The notes under the pieces: model-generated | What the model was told of the DNA's origin: nothing | What the model saw: only the letters and a program-made list of their open reading frames with translations | Databases searched by the model: none | Translations under genes and position numbers: made by a program | Shown: in pieces, positions 13,492 to 26,600 of the stretch | Numbering within the stretch: position 1 is the first letter of the stretch | Layout of the letters: the number at the start of each line of letters is the position of its first letter | Assembly: GCA_964016885.1 (NCBI GenBank) | Contig: OZ024740.1 | Span: 248,992,001 to 249,056,000, forward strand | From: Eledone cirrhosa | Lineage: Eukaryota | Direction: 5' to 3' | DNA length: 64,000 nt

Positions 13492-14261
13492 CTAGCAGAA
13501 TGGCCCGGCGTTGTTCGGGCTTCTGAGCATAGATTGGCATGTTTATCCCTCCTTTCTGAAACAGTACAGAGACTTACAGAATACCTAGGCCTGGGGATGG
13601 TGTCTACATTTTGTGCTTATAAAAAAAATTTGTCGTAGATTACCAGGGGTTTAACTTAATTGGGTGCCTGAGAGTAAAATGTTCAACCCACGAAAGCCAA
13701 GACGATAGGGTTAAGTAAAAAGGCATTCGACAAACCGAACATCTATTTGTTGTGCTATGGTACAATGAAAGCAATAGTTACAGAGCAGTAGGCATGTGGG
13801 ACTGCAGTGGTGGAGAGCATGAAGGAATTTAGTTGAATACTTTTAAGGTTACAAAAATCTACCCAATCTGATATAGAGCGAACTGTTATATTGGATGCCA
13901 AACGCTTCGTAGTTACTATTGAGGTCACCATCAACAATTTCAAGGGATGCACGTTTAAGTAGGGATACTCTATAAAGAGATGTAACTAAAGAGTTAAAAT
14001 ACTAAAGAGTTGCCTCTCTTGAACATTGTAGGCTAAATTTACGAACTAACTGACAAAAAGGGCTTCAAGTTTTAGTGAAAAACATGTCTTTAACGACAAA
14101 CAATTGAAAAATAAAAGCTGCAGTTAATATCTTTAGATCGCAAGAAATATATAAATGCAAGTTTGAAGTCAATTGGAGTAGAAATATGGATTTGTATAGA
14201 GTTTGCCAAAATTAGGACACACACACACACAGAGAACTTCAGTTTTATATATATGAATAGA
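13492..14261 (-). mobile_element. Non-autonomous Helitron
   Basis: a|ctag + cccggcgttgttcggg hairpin at the left end (3' end on minus strand). TC/tatata/gtgtgt 5' end at the right. Confidence 0.75.
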
Positions 14262-14271
14262 TAATATATAT

Positions 14272-14304
<33 letters not shown>

Positions 14305-15241
14305 GTTTAACGTCCCTGTTCCACGCTTGCATGGGTTTGGATGGGGGTTTTCCCACTTGAGGCAAGAGTGGTTGTCTTGCTCGCATAGGACTGTCTGGTG
14401 GGTTTTCTACAGCTGGATGCCCTTCCTAACACCAACCACATTTACAGTGTGGGGCTGGGAGGTTTTTACCGTGTTGCCTACACGGCCACATTACAGCGTG
14501 GACTGTCTGGCGTGTTTTCTACAGCTGGATGCCCTTCCTAACACCAACCACATTTACAGTGTGGGGCTGGGAGGTTTTTACCGTGTTGCCTACACGGCCA
14601 CATTACAGCGTGGACTGTGTGTTTTTTGTCGTGACAACTACACAATCTCGTTTGTTTCGGCCTGGATGTTGTGGCACCAACATAACTTTACATAGAAGGG
14701 GGAGGTGTGGATGGGGTGGGACGGGGGTGTATTTTGTTAGAGATGCCTACTGACTAGTAGGTTTTACTTTGTAGTTAGGTAAGGTGGGTCTTCTCTGTTA
14801 CTGAGTACCGCCAAAGGTCTTGGTCCAGTGACATTGTCTTGGAGAGGTGTAAGTGTGTGAGGTCGGAATTTATCAGCTCGTCCCAGGTTTTCCTGGGTCT
14901 GCCTACTCCGTGGCTACCATCTATCTTTATTGCCCTGCACTTTGTTATACAGCTGTCGTCTTTCATGCATCACGTGACCATACTAACGAAGCCTTCTCTC
15001 GAGTAAACAACATCTGATCCCTCTTATTTCTAATTTTTTCCTTAGTTCGTTTATGCTTAGCCGTTCACGTATATTACTATTACACATCCAGCGGAGCATG
15101 CAAGCTTCGTTCCTCTCTAGTCTGCGTATATCCTCTGCACACAATGCCCAGGTCTCACTGCCATGCAACATTGCTGTTCGTATGCAGGCATCATACAACC
15201 TGCCTTTCATTTTTAGGGAGAACCCTTTAGCAGCTAATAGT

Positions 15242-15243
<2 letters not shown>
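14272..15243 (-). mobile_element. RTE family A 3' fragment, inverted relative to 900-1891
   Basis: ORFs 14983-15210 and 14775-14966 are nearly identical to the C-terminus of ORF 44-1378. Same duplicated 3' UTR unit. Confidence 0.92.
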
Positions 15244-15288
<45 letters not shown>

Positions 15289-15367
15289 TTATGTATATAT
15301 ATAATATGTATATATATAATATATATATATTTCTATATTTATTTAAATATGTCTAATATATATATAA

Positions 15368-15609
15368 TCTATATATATAAAACTGAGAGGTTGTCTGTCT
15401 GTCTGTCTACTAAAAAGGTCGGCACACATCTCCTAAACCGTACGTTCAAGTTTCGGTGGCATACTGTTGGTTGAGGGAATATTAATCAAAAGTACCACAT
15501 GAAAGTAGACATGTAGACTCTACAGTTTTTAAGCCAAGAAAGGAACTTAACATTATAACTTTAACACAGCTACTGAGCAGCCCCGAGCAACGCCAGGCTT
15601 TATTGCTAG
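15368..15609 (+). mobile_element. Short non-autonomous Helitron
   Basis: TCtatatatataaaactgagaggttgtctgtctg at the start and cccgagcaacgccagg...CTAG|t at the end. Confidence 0.75.
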
Positions 15610-15612
15610 TTA

Positions 15613-15933
15613 TCTATATATCTAAAACAGAAAATGTCTGTCTATCTGTCTGATTCCCTAAAACTCGAGAACCACCCAACCGATTGTTTTCAAACTTTAC
15701 ACATGTAACACTTATGGTCCTGTGAGTGTTTAGAGCAAACAATATTTCAAATTTTTAATGCCCTAGGGACCGCATTACGTGATTTAGCAATCTCTCTCTT
15801 TAATTTTTAGTCTTTCTTTTTAGATAAATACATAGATATAACGTTGCGCCCTTATAATACCTGTCTGTATGTCTGAATGTCTGCAGTACAACATTATGAC
15901 GTCGCTGTGTGTTTGTGTATATATGTATATATA

Positions 15934-15981
<48 letters not shown>

Positions 15982-16269
15982 TGTAACGTTTTTCGAAATA
16001 TTTACTTCTGTGTTCACAGATTGATTTTTCTAGTTTCAGAAGATCCCGTTAAGGGTGAAAGCAGCGATTCTTTGCTTAAACTTTAATCTGTTATTTTAAT
16101 ATATATATATATTTACAGATATTTTTATATATGTACAGATATTTTTGCATACACAATAACAAAATATAAACAAATGTATTTATTTCACGAGGCTCGATAA
16201 GGATAAATATATATCAAATATATAAGAACCCTAGAGCAAATCCCGAGCAACGCCGGGCCATTCTGCTAG
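15613..16269 (+). mobile_element. Non-autonomous Helitron, sister of 7786-8448, with hammerhead module
   Basis: Colinear with 7786-8448, TC...hairpin-CTAG termini, HHR at 16032-16082. Confidence 0.85.
16032..16082 (+). ncRNA. Hammerhead motif, CAGAAGA family, inside Helitron
   Basis: agttt-CAGAAGA-tccc gttaa gggt-GAAA-gcagcgattctttgc-UU-aaact. Confidence 0.65.
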
Positions 16270-16330
16270 TATATATATATTATATACTTATTTATATATA
16301 TAATATATATATATAATATACATATATATA

Positions 16331-16885
16331 TTGCCATAGAGATCCTTATTTGTTGCGTGTTGCCTCCAAGACCTGTTTAAAGCAGCACGGAGCATACGTG
16401 TGTATGCCCCGTCTAGCTTTTTCTCCAGTTTCGATGTTAGCGTCCAAGTGATAGAGCCATAAACAAGCACAGATTCCACAGCAGCTCTGAAGAAATTCCT
16501 TTTCAGTTTGGCCAGCAGGTTTGATTTCCATATCTTTTCCATTGCATTCAATGCTCCCCAGGCTTTTCCCAGTCTGATGTTAACATCATGTTCTGTGGAG
16601 GCGATATAGCTACCCAGGTATTTGAAGTCGTCAACTTGCTTGATTATATCGCAGGTCAATATGTGGACAGAGACTCAGATTTGCTGGCCACTGTTGGCGC
16701 AGCAAGGAAGAAATAGCAGGTGATGTGTTGTTATGGAGTCCATCTCATGGAGCAAGAAACGCTGGTCGTCTCAAGCAACTTGAGGATGCACTGCGGAAGA
16801 ACTGGCAGACGTTATGAGAGACGGAGATGGATGGAGGAAACGTGTCGTAGAAAGCCGAGCAAGCTCGACCTGATAATGATGATGT
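16331..16885. mobile_element. RTE-like LINE (family D) with 5' inversion
   Basis: Minus-strand ORF 16288-16659 (FKYLGS...RMLRAALNRSW...LYGN) is followed by a plus-strand continuation RLRFAGHCWRSKEE...LLWSP and a (gat)n tail. Confidence 0.8.
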
Positions 16886-16936
16886 ATATATATATATACA
16901 TATTTATTTATATATATAACCCCTATTTTTATATAT

Positions 16937-18505
16937 GACCCCTATACTTAGCTTTTGTTGACTTGGAGAAAGCCTTTGACAGAGTCCCCCGCTCCATTAT
17001 CTGGTGGGCTCTTAGAAAACTAGGTGTTGATGAATGGTTTGTGAGAGCTATACAAGCCATGTATAAAGAAAGGTTAGAATTAACAACGAATATAGTGAAG
17101 AATTTAGCATAAAAGTTGGTGTTCATCAGGGCTCTGTCCTTAGCCCACTCCTATTTATTATTGCCCTTCAGGCTATAACAGAGGAGTTTCAAGACCGGCT
17201 GCCCATGGAACTTCTATACGCATATGATCTAACTCTCATGGCTGAATCCATGGCCGAACTAGAGAAGAAATTCTAAACATGGAAGCATGGCCTAAAATTA
17301 AAAGGCCTTAAAGTTAACTTGTCTAAGACTAAAGTTCTAGTATATAGAAAGGAAAATAAGGTACAGGTACCCTCTGGCAAATGGCCATGCTCAGTGTGTA
17401 GGAAAGGAGTAGGCAGAAATTCCATATTATGTCCCAAATGCAAACTATGGGTACATAAAAGATGTAGTGGGATCACAGGTAAGCTATCTAAGAACGAACA
17501 TTTTATATGTGGCCGATGCTGAGGTGCAATAAGTAGCAAGTGCCCACAGGATACTAGCTCCTTCTATTGCACAGATGGTTCTATTGAAATAGTGGACACC
17601 TTCCGTTACCTGGGTGACAAAATCAGCAGTAGTGAGGGTGCTCTGAAAGTACAGTAGCCAGAGTCAGAACGGGATGGAAAAAGTTCAGAGAGCTTATACG
17701 ACTATTGACCACTAAAGGTTTCCCTCTAAAAATGAAAGGCAGATTGTATGATGCCTATGTATGAACAGCAATGTTACATGGCAGTGAGACATGGGCATTG
17801 TGTGCAGAGGATCTGCGCAGACTGGAGAGGAATGAAGTATCCATGCTCCGTTGGATGTGTAATAGTAATATACGTGAAAGGCAAAGCATAAATCAACTAA
17901 GTGAGAAATTAGGAATAAGAGGGATCAGTGCAGGAAAAAGAGGAATAAGAGGAAAAAGGGCAGGGCGATCAAAATTGATGGAAGTTACAGAGTAGGTAGA
18001 CCCAGAAAAACCTGGGACGATTTGATAAAGTCCGACCTCAAACATTTACACCTCTCGAATCTATGTCACTGGACCGAGAGCTTTGGCGCTATGCAGAAAT
18101 ACAGAAGACCCGCCTTGCCTAAGTACAAAGTGAAACCTACAGTCAGTAGGCACCTCTTAACCAAATATACACCCCCATCCCACTACCTCTACTCCCACCA
18201 ACACCACCCTTTCCCTGTAAAGTTGGTACCACAATATACAGTCTAAAATAAATGAGGTCGTGTAGGTGTCACGACAAAAACACACAGTCCATGCTATAAT
18301 GTGGCTGTGTAGGTAACATGGTAAAAACTTCCCAGTTCCACACTGTAAACGTGGTTGGTGTTAGGAAGGGCATCCAGCTGTAGAAAACCTGCCAGACAGC
18401 CCTATACGAGTAAGACATGGTCACCCGACCAATCTTGCCTCAAGTAGGACAATTCCCGTCTAAACCCATGGTAGCGTGGAAGATAGACGTTAAACGTTGA
18501 TGATA
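16937..18505 (+). mobile_element. RTE family A-like copy, 5'-truncated and decayed
   Basis: RT/PHD fragments (ORFs 17319-17522, 17771-17995), 3' UTR motif and (gat)n tail. Confidence 0.9.
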
Positions 18506-18703
18506 ATATATATATATAATATATATATATATATAATATATATATATAATATATATACATATATATATACTTATTTATTTATATATATATAGTAATAATA
18601 ATAAATTTGAAGACTAAAATCCAAAGAGGGCTTGATAAGGATAAAATATATATCAATATATATAAGCAGCGATTCTTTGCTTAAACTTTGATCTGTTATT
18701 TTA

Positions 18704-18760
<57 letters not shown>

Positions 18761-18762
18761 TA

Positions 18763-19728
18763 TTGAAAGGATAACAAGGACGATTGGTTACGCCTTCATA
18801 ACATTTATTGGTAGGTGACGCACGTTTCGCCACTGATCAGCTCAAGGTTCGATCTGTATCGATCTTACCCGACTCTATAATTGGCAGCTCGACGGACCCT
18901 TTAAATTGGTATAAGAAAATGAATACATGCTATGTGATAAAGTCAGAAGTTCATAAGTTGTACAATATGAGTTGTTTTATATATCCACACATGCGAGTGC
19001 CCATATATATGTGTGTATATATGCATATAGATATATGTACGTGTGGATGTATGTGGGCGCGTGTATGGGTGTGTATATAGGTGTGTATGTATATATGTCT
19101 ACATATGCGTATGTATATATATACAACGTATTTGTCAGACGAAGAGTGTTTAGATATGTATCTCCCCATGGAATTGACACCACCAACACATCCACCACAC
19201 CACCACAAATGCCACTACCATAAACAACAACACCACAACCACACCCCACACAATAACCAGCCACAAATATGCGCCAACCTGTCTACCGACAATCCACTAC
19301 CCCCACACCACAACCCATCCCAGTCAGCGACCGTCACCACCATCTTATCATCACATCCACCCCCACATACACTACAGGCGAAAGTCAATCTGCCACCCCC
19401 ACACCACAGCCCATCGCAGCCAGTGACCGTCACCAACATCTTATCATCACATCCACCCCCACATACACTACAGCATGTATTCATTTTCTTATACGAATTT
19501 AAAGGGTCCGTCGAGCTGCCGATTATTGAGTCGGGTAAGATCGATACAGATCGAACCTTGAGCTGATCAGTGGCGAAACGCGTGTCACCTACCAATAAAT
19601 GTAATGAAGGAGTAACCAATCGTCCTTGTTATCCTTTCAATATATTACACTCTGTATAGCTCTACACCTCAACACAGAAGTGAACCTAAACATCAAGTGC
19701 TCACAGTAACTCCAAGTTACACTCCCTA
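18763..19728 (+). mobile_element. Non-coding PLE-type insertion: inverted pLTR piece + body + pLTR
   Basis: 18763-18931 is the reverse complement of 19472-19645 and both arms contain an HHR-like fold. Internal C-rich ~90-bp duplication. TA tracts on both sides. Confidence 0.72.
19504..19590 (+). ncRNA. Hammerhead-like motif with core CCGUCGA (inverted twin at 18813-18899)
   Basis: gggt-CCGUCGA-gctgccgatt...gatcagtggc-GAAA-cgcgtg-UC-acct. Confidence 0.5.
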
Positions 19729-19749
19729 TATATATATATATATATATAT

Positions 19750-22700
19750 AAAAGTGAAGAATAACATGGTTGACAGTACAAACAAGGAAATTTATTTACA
19801 GTCTTACAATTGCTTCCATGATAGAATTGTCTATAAATTGCTAAATACTGGAGACAGTATAACTCAATTTACAATAAATCTAAGTTGAATCATTTCATCA
19901 GAGACTATTAAGAAATATAAAATATATGCGTAACGGTAAATTAAAAAAATTCAAATTACTACATCAATAATAGTATTAATGATAAATAAATAAAGGAAGT
20001 GGGACAGAGGGAAATGAGAGAGAAAGAAAGAAAATGACGAAAGAAGGAACGAAGATATAGTTAAATGTATAACCAGCAAAAGTCCATGTTATTCTTCACT
20101 TTTTTTATTACTCCATGTTATTCTTCACTTTTGTGTTACTCCAAGATATATATCTACATAGGAATACAAGCGAAGTCATAAAATCGTCACCAACATAAAC
20201 TTCTTGTTGAGTCACACAGCACCATACGCTTAAACTGTCCATAATAAGTAGTTTTCATAGCCTCTTATCGGATTACCTTTAATGATTTATCGTTATCCTA
20301 CATACCAAGCTCCCATCGGTTTGAGCAACCAATTTTGTGCACTGCATTAACATGGAAAAACACTATATAGGTATGTCCCTAAAAACATACCTATGCCTAC
20401 AAATAAGGAATATATGCTCGGTATGATACAAAGAACCAATGACTTTATCCGTAGAATCAGATGGAAAGCATATCATTACGATAAAGGACATAATAATGGT
20501 GATCGAATTAATGGATCTACCAGCGAAAAATATGGATTCAAATCCTGCAAAAACACACCAGGCAATCCACATCCTGATGCCTTTGAACTTGATCTCATGA
20601 ACATGATAAAGGAAATTAAATTCAAAAAATGTACCCACCACAACAAACTACAGAACAACATCAATGTACTTATAAGAAAATTACGTGCCACTAATGGTAT
20701 CATTGTAAAAGCAGATAAAACATCAAATGTATACACCATGAGCCTTAATACATACAACAATTTTATACGTCGCGAATTACATAAAAATACAAGAAAACTT
20801 TGAGTCTACACTCAAAAGCATTAACATAGTAAAAAAACTTAAAATATCCGATAGAACCGAGCCTCTTACACCTTGTGAACCCACTTTTAATCTGAAAGAT
20901 CATAAATGTAACTTCGAAACCAACCCTACTATTAGATTGATATGTCCTTCAAAATCAGATATAGGTAGAATTAGTAAGTTTATACTAGATAGAATATTAC
21001 CACAAATTAAGAAACAACTAACTATCAAGCTCTGGGGTAACACAAGTGAAGCAATAGACTGGTTCAACTCATTAGACAATAAAGAATCGTCCGACTTTAT
21101 ACAATTTGACATAAATGACTACTACTTTTCTATCTCCCCAGTCACCCTTAATAAGGCATTATCCTTTGCCCCAAATCATTCGGATCTTTCAACAGATGCA
21201 ATTGAAATAATACTAGCCACTAGACGAACTATCATTAAATTCGACAACAGCTACTGGGAGAGAAAAAATAGACTCAATAACTTCAATATTACTATGGGAT
21301 CGAACGACTCAGCCCAGATCACAGACTTGGTTGGAATTTATATAGCATATTTCTTACATAGGGAATTTGGTAACTTACAAGGTGGAATCTATAGAGATGA
21401 TACTCTACTTTTAGCTAGAAACGTAAATAGCCAAAACTTAGAAAGATTAAGGAAGAAAATTAGAAAATTATTTAATAACTTAGGCCTAAGCATTACTTTT
21501 GAACCCAACTCTAAAAAAGTCAACTTCTTGGACGTATCGTTTAACCTTAACTCAGGACTAATAGAACCCTTCCATAAAAATAATGAACATTTAGCTTACA
21601 TTGACTATAATTCGAACCATCCTAGATCCATAATTAACTCCATAGCGCATAGTATATCCCTTCGAATCTCGCGCCTATCTTCTAACCATGAATTTTTTAA
21701 TGAACACGCTAGCTACTACAACTTAGCTTTACATAAGGCAGGCCATAAAGAACGACTCAAATACATACCTGATACAAAAAATAACAACACACTTATTGGT
21801 AACGATACATCCCACAACCATAGAATCAACAAACCTAGGTCTAAACGCATAAATAGGCAGCATATACCTAATTTAAATAAACAAAATGCTAATACGAATA
21901 CCACTAGCGGACATAGGAGATACAGAAATAGAAACTACTTATGGTTTAATCCAATGTTTAACTCCTCTATTAAAACTAAGCTCCCTCTCACTTTCTTTAA
22001 ATTAGTTGACAAACACTTCCCTAAAATACATAAATATCATAAAATCTTTAATAGAAAAACTATCAAACTATCATACTCCACTGCTAACAACATAGAATCG
22101 CACATTCACAAAATTAACTACATAAGAATTCATAATCAATGTAGCCCCCAGATAAGTTCCATATCACCAAATACAGAATACACACATATTACATCATCGC
22201 AACCAAATACACGCCAAAGAACACCATCACAATACACCAACAAACCTAATTCGCAGCCCATACATAACAATCTTCAAAATCATATAGTAGAACCGGCGCA
22301 TAGGAAAGCATTTCTATGCAATTGCCACTTACCTGGCAATTGCCCTCTACTAAACAGATGCCTTGAGAAAAACATAGTATACTCGTGTACTATCAACTCA
22401 GGTAGCTTGGCATGGTATTACATTGGTTCCACAGCTGGTGTTTTAAAAAAACGGTGGTATGATTAATAAGAATCAATCAAATACAACAACGCTTGCCAAT
22501 AAAATATGGCAACTCAAGAATGCAGGCATTAAATACGAGATCAGCTGGAAAATAATACTGTCAACTGCTAAAGCCTATCAAACTGGTATGTCCCATTGTA
22601 GGCTCTGTAATATGGAGCTCTTCCAAATTCTTAATTTTCGTAAAACCCTTCTTAACAGCAGAATTGAGCGAACTATCTTTTGCCAGCATAAATCAGCATC

Positions 22701-23698
22701 GAAGTTCCTGAAATTTAGACCAACTTAACTCCATTTTCTACTCCTTATTCCTTGTTATACCTTTAGCACTTATTACGATATCAAATTATCACAAGCTTCA
22801 AATTACGTAAGAATAACTTAAAAACATTTGTATTAACATCATTATTTTAATTTTTATTTGAATTTACATCATTTATTATCTTGTATATATACACCTTTCA
22901 CCATTTGTCTTTGTATTTCTCCACTTAAACATACTTTATATCGATAATTTTATCCTATAATATAATACATCTCAAACTAGCTATTTTACATAGTAATGTA
23001 TATTCGTCCGTATGTTTCTTTTCTCTCTTCTTCATATCCCCATATTCACGACTAATTTCTATCCTCCTCTGCTCCCTCATCCCTCTTAATCTTCCTCTAT
23101 TTCTTTCTCATCTTCCTTACTTATCCTTCCTCTTTGCCTATGCTATATCCCCTCCTTCTCTCTTTCTATATATATCTTTATTATTATTAAAATTATATTT
23201 CTTTTGATGTGATAGTTTGATTTCGTAACTTTTGCCGGTTATACATTTAACTATATCTTCGTTCCTTCTTTCGTCATTTTCTTTCCTTCTCTCTCATTTC
23301 CATCTGTCCCCCTTCCTTTATTTATTTATTATTAATACTATTATTGATGTAGTAATTTGAATTTTTTAAATTTACCGTTACACATATATTTTATATTTCT
23401 TAATAGTCTCTGATGAAATGATTAAACTTAGATATTTTGTAAATTGATTTATACTGTCTCCAGTATTTAGCAATTTATAGACAATTCTGTCATGGAAATT
23501 TGTACTGTCAACCATGTTATTCTTCACTTTTTTATTACTCCAAGATATATTTACATAGGAATACAAGCGAAGTCATAAAATCGTCACCAACGTAAACTTC
23601 TTGTTGAGTCACACAGCACCGTACGCTTAAACTGTCCATAATAAGTAGTTTTCATAGACTCTTATCTGATTACCTTTAAAGATTTATCGTTATCCTAT
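19750..23698 (+). mobile_element. Near full-length Penelope-like element (RT + C-terminal GIY-YIG, Hydra-clade-like), frameshifted
   Basis: ORFs 20393-20803, 20937-22466 and 22459-22728 carry FIQFDI, MGSNDSAQITDLVG, IYRDD, FLDV, WFNP, CNCx5CPLxxxC, IVY...YYIGST and CRLC...LNSRIE..CQH. An inverted pLTR (19750-20075) and a direct pLTR piece (20085-20300) mirror 23245-23698. Confidence 0.92.
19800..19906 (-). ncRNA. Hammerhead motif in inverted pLTR (long stem II)
   Basis: Reverse strand: agtct-CUGAUGA-aatgat...atcatg-GAAG-caattg-UA-agact. The + strand copy at 23405-23498 lacks stem III and the cleavage site. Confidence 0.65.
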
Positions 23699-26600
23699 CA
23701 TCATCATCATCACCGTTTTACGTCCGTTCTTCCACGCTAGCATGGGTTAGACGGGTTGTCCTGTTGTGGGCAGTGTCTGGTCGGCTGACCATGCTTTGCT
23801 CATACAGGAACTGATCTGGCTTGATTTCTACAGCTGGATGCCCTTCCTAACACCAACCTCATTTACAGTGAGTGCTGGGTGCTTTTTCGTGGCGCCTACA
23901 CGTCCACTTTACAGTGTGGGCTGGGTGCTTTTTTGCCGTGGCACCTCCACGACTACCTTGCGGTGGGGGGGCATATTGTTTATATGCTTCAGCATGTACC
24001 CATGGGAGGTCGGGTACCCTGTATTACTGCGTGACGCCAGAAGTCACGGTCGTGTGTCATTGACTTTGAGAGGTGTAGTTGGGTAAGGTCGGCTTTTATC
24101 ACCTCATCCCAGGTCATCTTGGGTCTCCCCACTCCGCGGTTTCCATCAACTTCTAGTGCTCTGCACCTTTTTATGCAGCTGTCATCCTTCATACGCATCA
24201 CATGTCCATACCAGCGTAACCGCCTCTCCTGCACGCAGCATTTGATTCCTCTTTTGCTCAGTCTCTCTCTCAATTCCTTTATGCTTTGTCGTTCACGTAT
24301 ATTACTGTTACACATCCATCGGAGCATGCAGGCTTCGTTTCTCTCTAATCTACGTAAGTCTTCCACCTTCAGCGCCCAGGTCTCACTACCATGCAACATC
24401 GCTGTTCGGATACACGCATCATACAGTCTGCCTTTCATTCTGAGGGAGAAGCCTTTTGCAGCTAGCAGTGGTAGTAGTTCCCTAAACTTCTTCCATCCCG
24501 TTCTTACCCTAGTTATTGTACTTTCTGAGCACCCACCTCCGTTGCTAATTCGGTCACCTAGGTAGCAGAAGCTGTCTACTGTTTCTACAGGGCCCTCCCA
24601 GAGATTGGTGGTACTTGTTTCCTGTGGCTGTTTGCTGCTTGCTGTTTCAGCACAGCTGCTGCATGTGAATCCTACATTCTTAATTAAGCTTCCTGAGATC
24701 CCGCTACATCTCTTGTGTACCCATTGTTTGCATTTGGGGCAGAGAATGGAGTTCCTACCTACACCTTTCCTACATACTGAGCAAGGCCATTTCCCTGAGG
24801 GGATCTGGGTTCTGTTTTCTCGTCTACTTATAAGGACCTTAGTCTTTATCATGTTGACTTTGAGGCCCTTTCTCTCTAGTCCCTGCTTCCAGGTTTGGAA
24901 TTTATTCTCTAGTTCTACCATAGATTCAGCTATGAGTGCGAGGTCATCAGCATACAGGAGTTCCCATGGGCATCCGGTCTTAAACTCCTCCGTTATTGCC
25001 TGCAGGACTATGATGAACAGGAGAGGGCTAAGAACAGAGCCCTGGTGGACCCCAACCTGTACGCTAAATTCCTCGCTATACTCATTGCCAATCCTAACTT
25101 TGCTGACTGCTCCCCTATACATGGCTTGTACCGCTTTCACAAGCCATTCATCTACTCCTAGTTTTCTAAGAGCCCACCAGATTACTGCACGTGGAACTCT
25201 GTCAAAGGCTTTCTCAAGGTCGACAAATGCCAAGTAGAGTGGCTTACTTTTAGCTAGGTACTTTTCCTGTAATTGCCTCACAAGGAAGTGGGCATCAGTG
25301 GTGCCTCTTCCTGGTACAAACCCAAATTGCATCTCGTCTATTTTCACCCGGTCCCTAATCAGCTGTGCTATAACTCTTTCTGTTACTTTCATGACCTGGT
25401 CCATCAACTTTATACCTCTATAGTTTCCTCTATTTAGTGCATCGCCTTTACCTTTGTAGCAGTTGACAATGATGCTACTGCACCAATCTTTTGGTATGGC
25501 CCCTTCTAGTATTACCTGGTTAACGATACGTGTGGTTATAGTGTGACCTACAGACCCAGATGCCTTCAGCATCTCGGCAGCTATACCCGATGGACCGGTT
25601 GCTTTCCCTATCTTCATATCTCTGATTGCCTTATTTACTACGCTGCCGCTGACTTGTACTGCTGGTCCCTCTATAGGGTCTACGTGGGGTAGGGTCTCTT
25701 CTTCCCATGCATTCTCCTCATTTAGTAATCTATCATAATGACTCTTCCATGCATCTTTCTTTTCAGCACTTGTGAGGGCAAGCTCACCTTTATCATTCCG
25801 GATACACTTCTCTCCAATGACAACACAACTATCTCTGACACACTGCCTCGCAATCTTGAATACCTCCTGTTTCTGGTCCTCACGTTGTAAAACATGCTTG
25901 AATTTTCTATCCTCTGCTTCCCTCCTAGCTAAGTATACTTGTCGCCTAGCTTCCCTCTTGGTCTCTATGTAATGTACCCTGCTCCCCCCGTTCTTCCATT
26001 CTTTCCATGCCTGTCTCTTGGCCTTGACTGCTTCATCTACCTTATTGTTCCACCACCAAGTCACTCTCCTCCTGCTTGAGGTCTTACTCCAGCCACAAAC
26101 CTCATCCGTCGCCTCTAGTAAGTTATTTTTTAGGAACTCCCAGTTCTCTTCTACGTTAAATGTCTCTATCTGTTCTTCTTTACTGTCGTAGGCGTTGAGT
26201 AAAATATCTTTAAATCTGTTACTGGTTGAGGGGACTTTCAGCTTCCAGATCTTTCTTCTCCAGGTTGGCCTCTGTTTCAGGGCTTGTCTAGTTCTGACCG
26301 TGAGGTCACTGACAACTAAGCTATGTTGGGATGTACATTCCTCACTAGGGAAGGCTTTTGTGTTTACGACCGTCCATCTGTCACGTCCTCTGATGAGGAT
26401 AAAATCTAACTGACTAGAGTGCTCCCCTGATCTATAGGTGATCAGGTGGTTGTCGGGTTTTTTAAAGTTTGTGTTACATATCGACATGTCATTGGCGTCG
26501 CAGAATTCTAGAAGTCTGAATCCTTCCTCATTCCTTGTGCCAACTCCATGGCCTCCATGTACTCTATTGAAGCCGTCGCAGTGTTTACCTACGTGTCCGT

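Noticed and set aside
19081-19619. His/Pro-rich and Cys/Gly-rich ORFs resembling structural proteins
   Set aside because: Low-complexity C/A-rich repeat interior of a PLE-type insertion, with no splice or domain support.
20393-22728. Selenocysteine or programmed frameshift recoding in the PLE ORF
   Set aside because: The breaks near 20800 and 22460 look like deletions or frameshifts rather than in-frame UGA codons.
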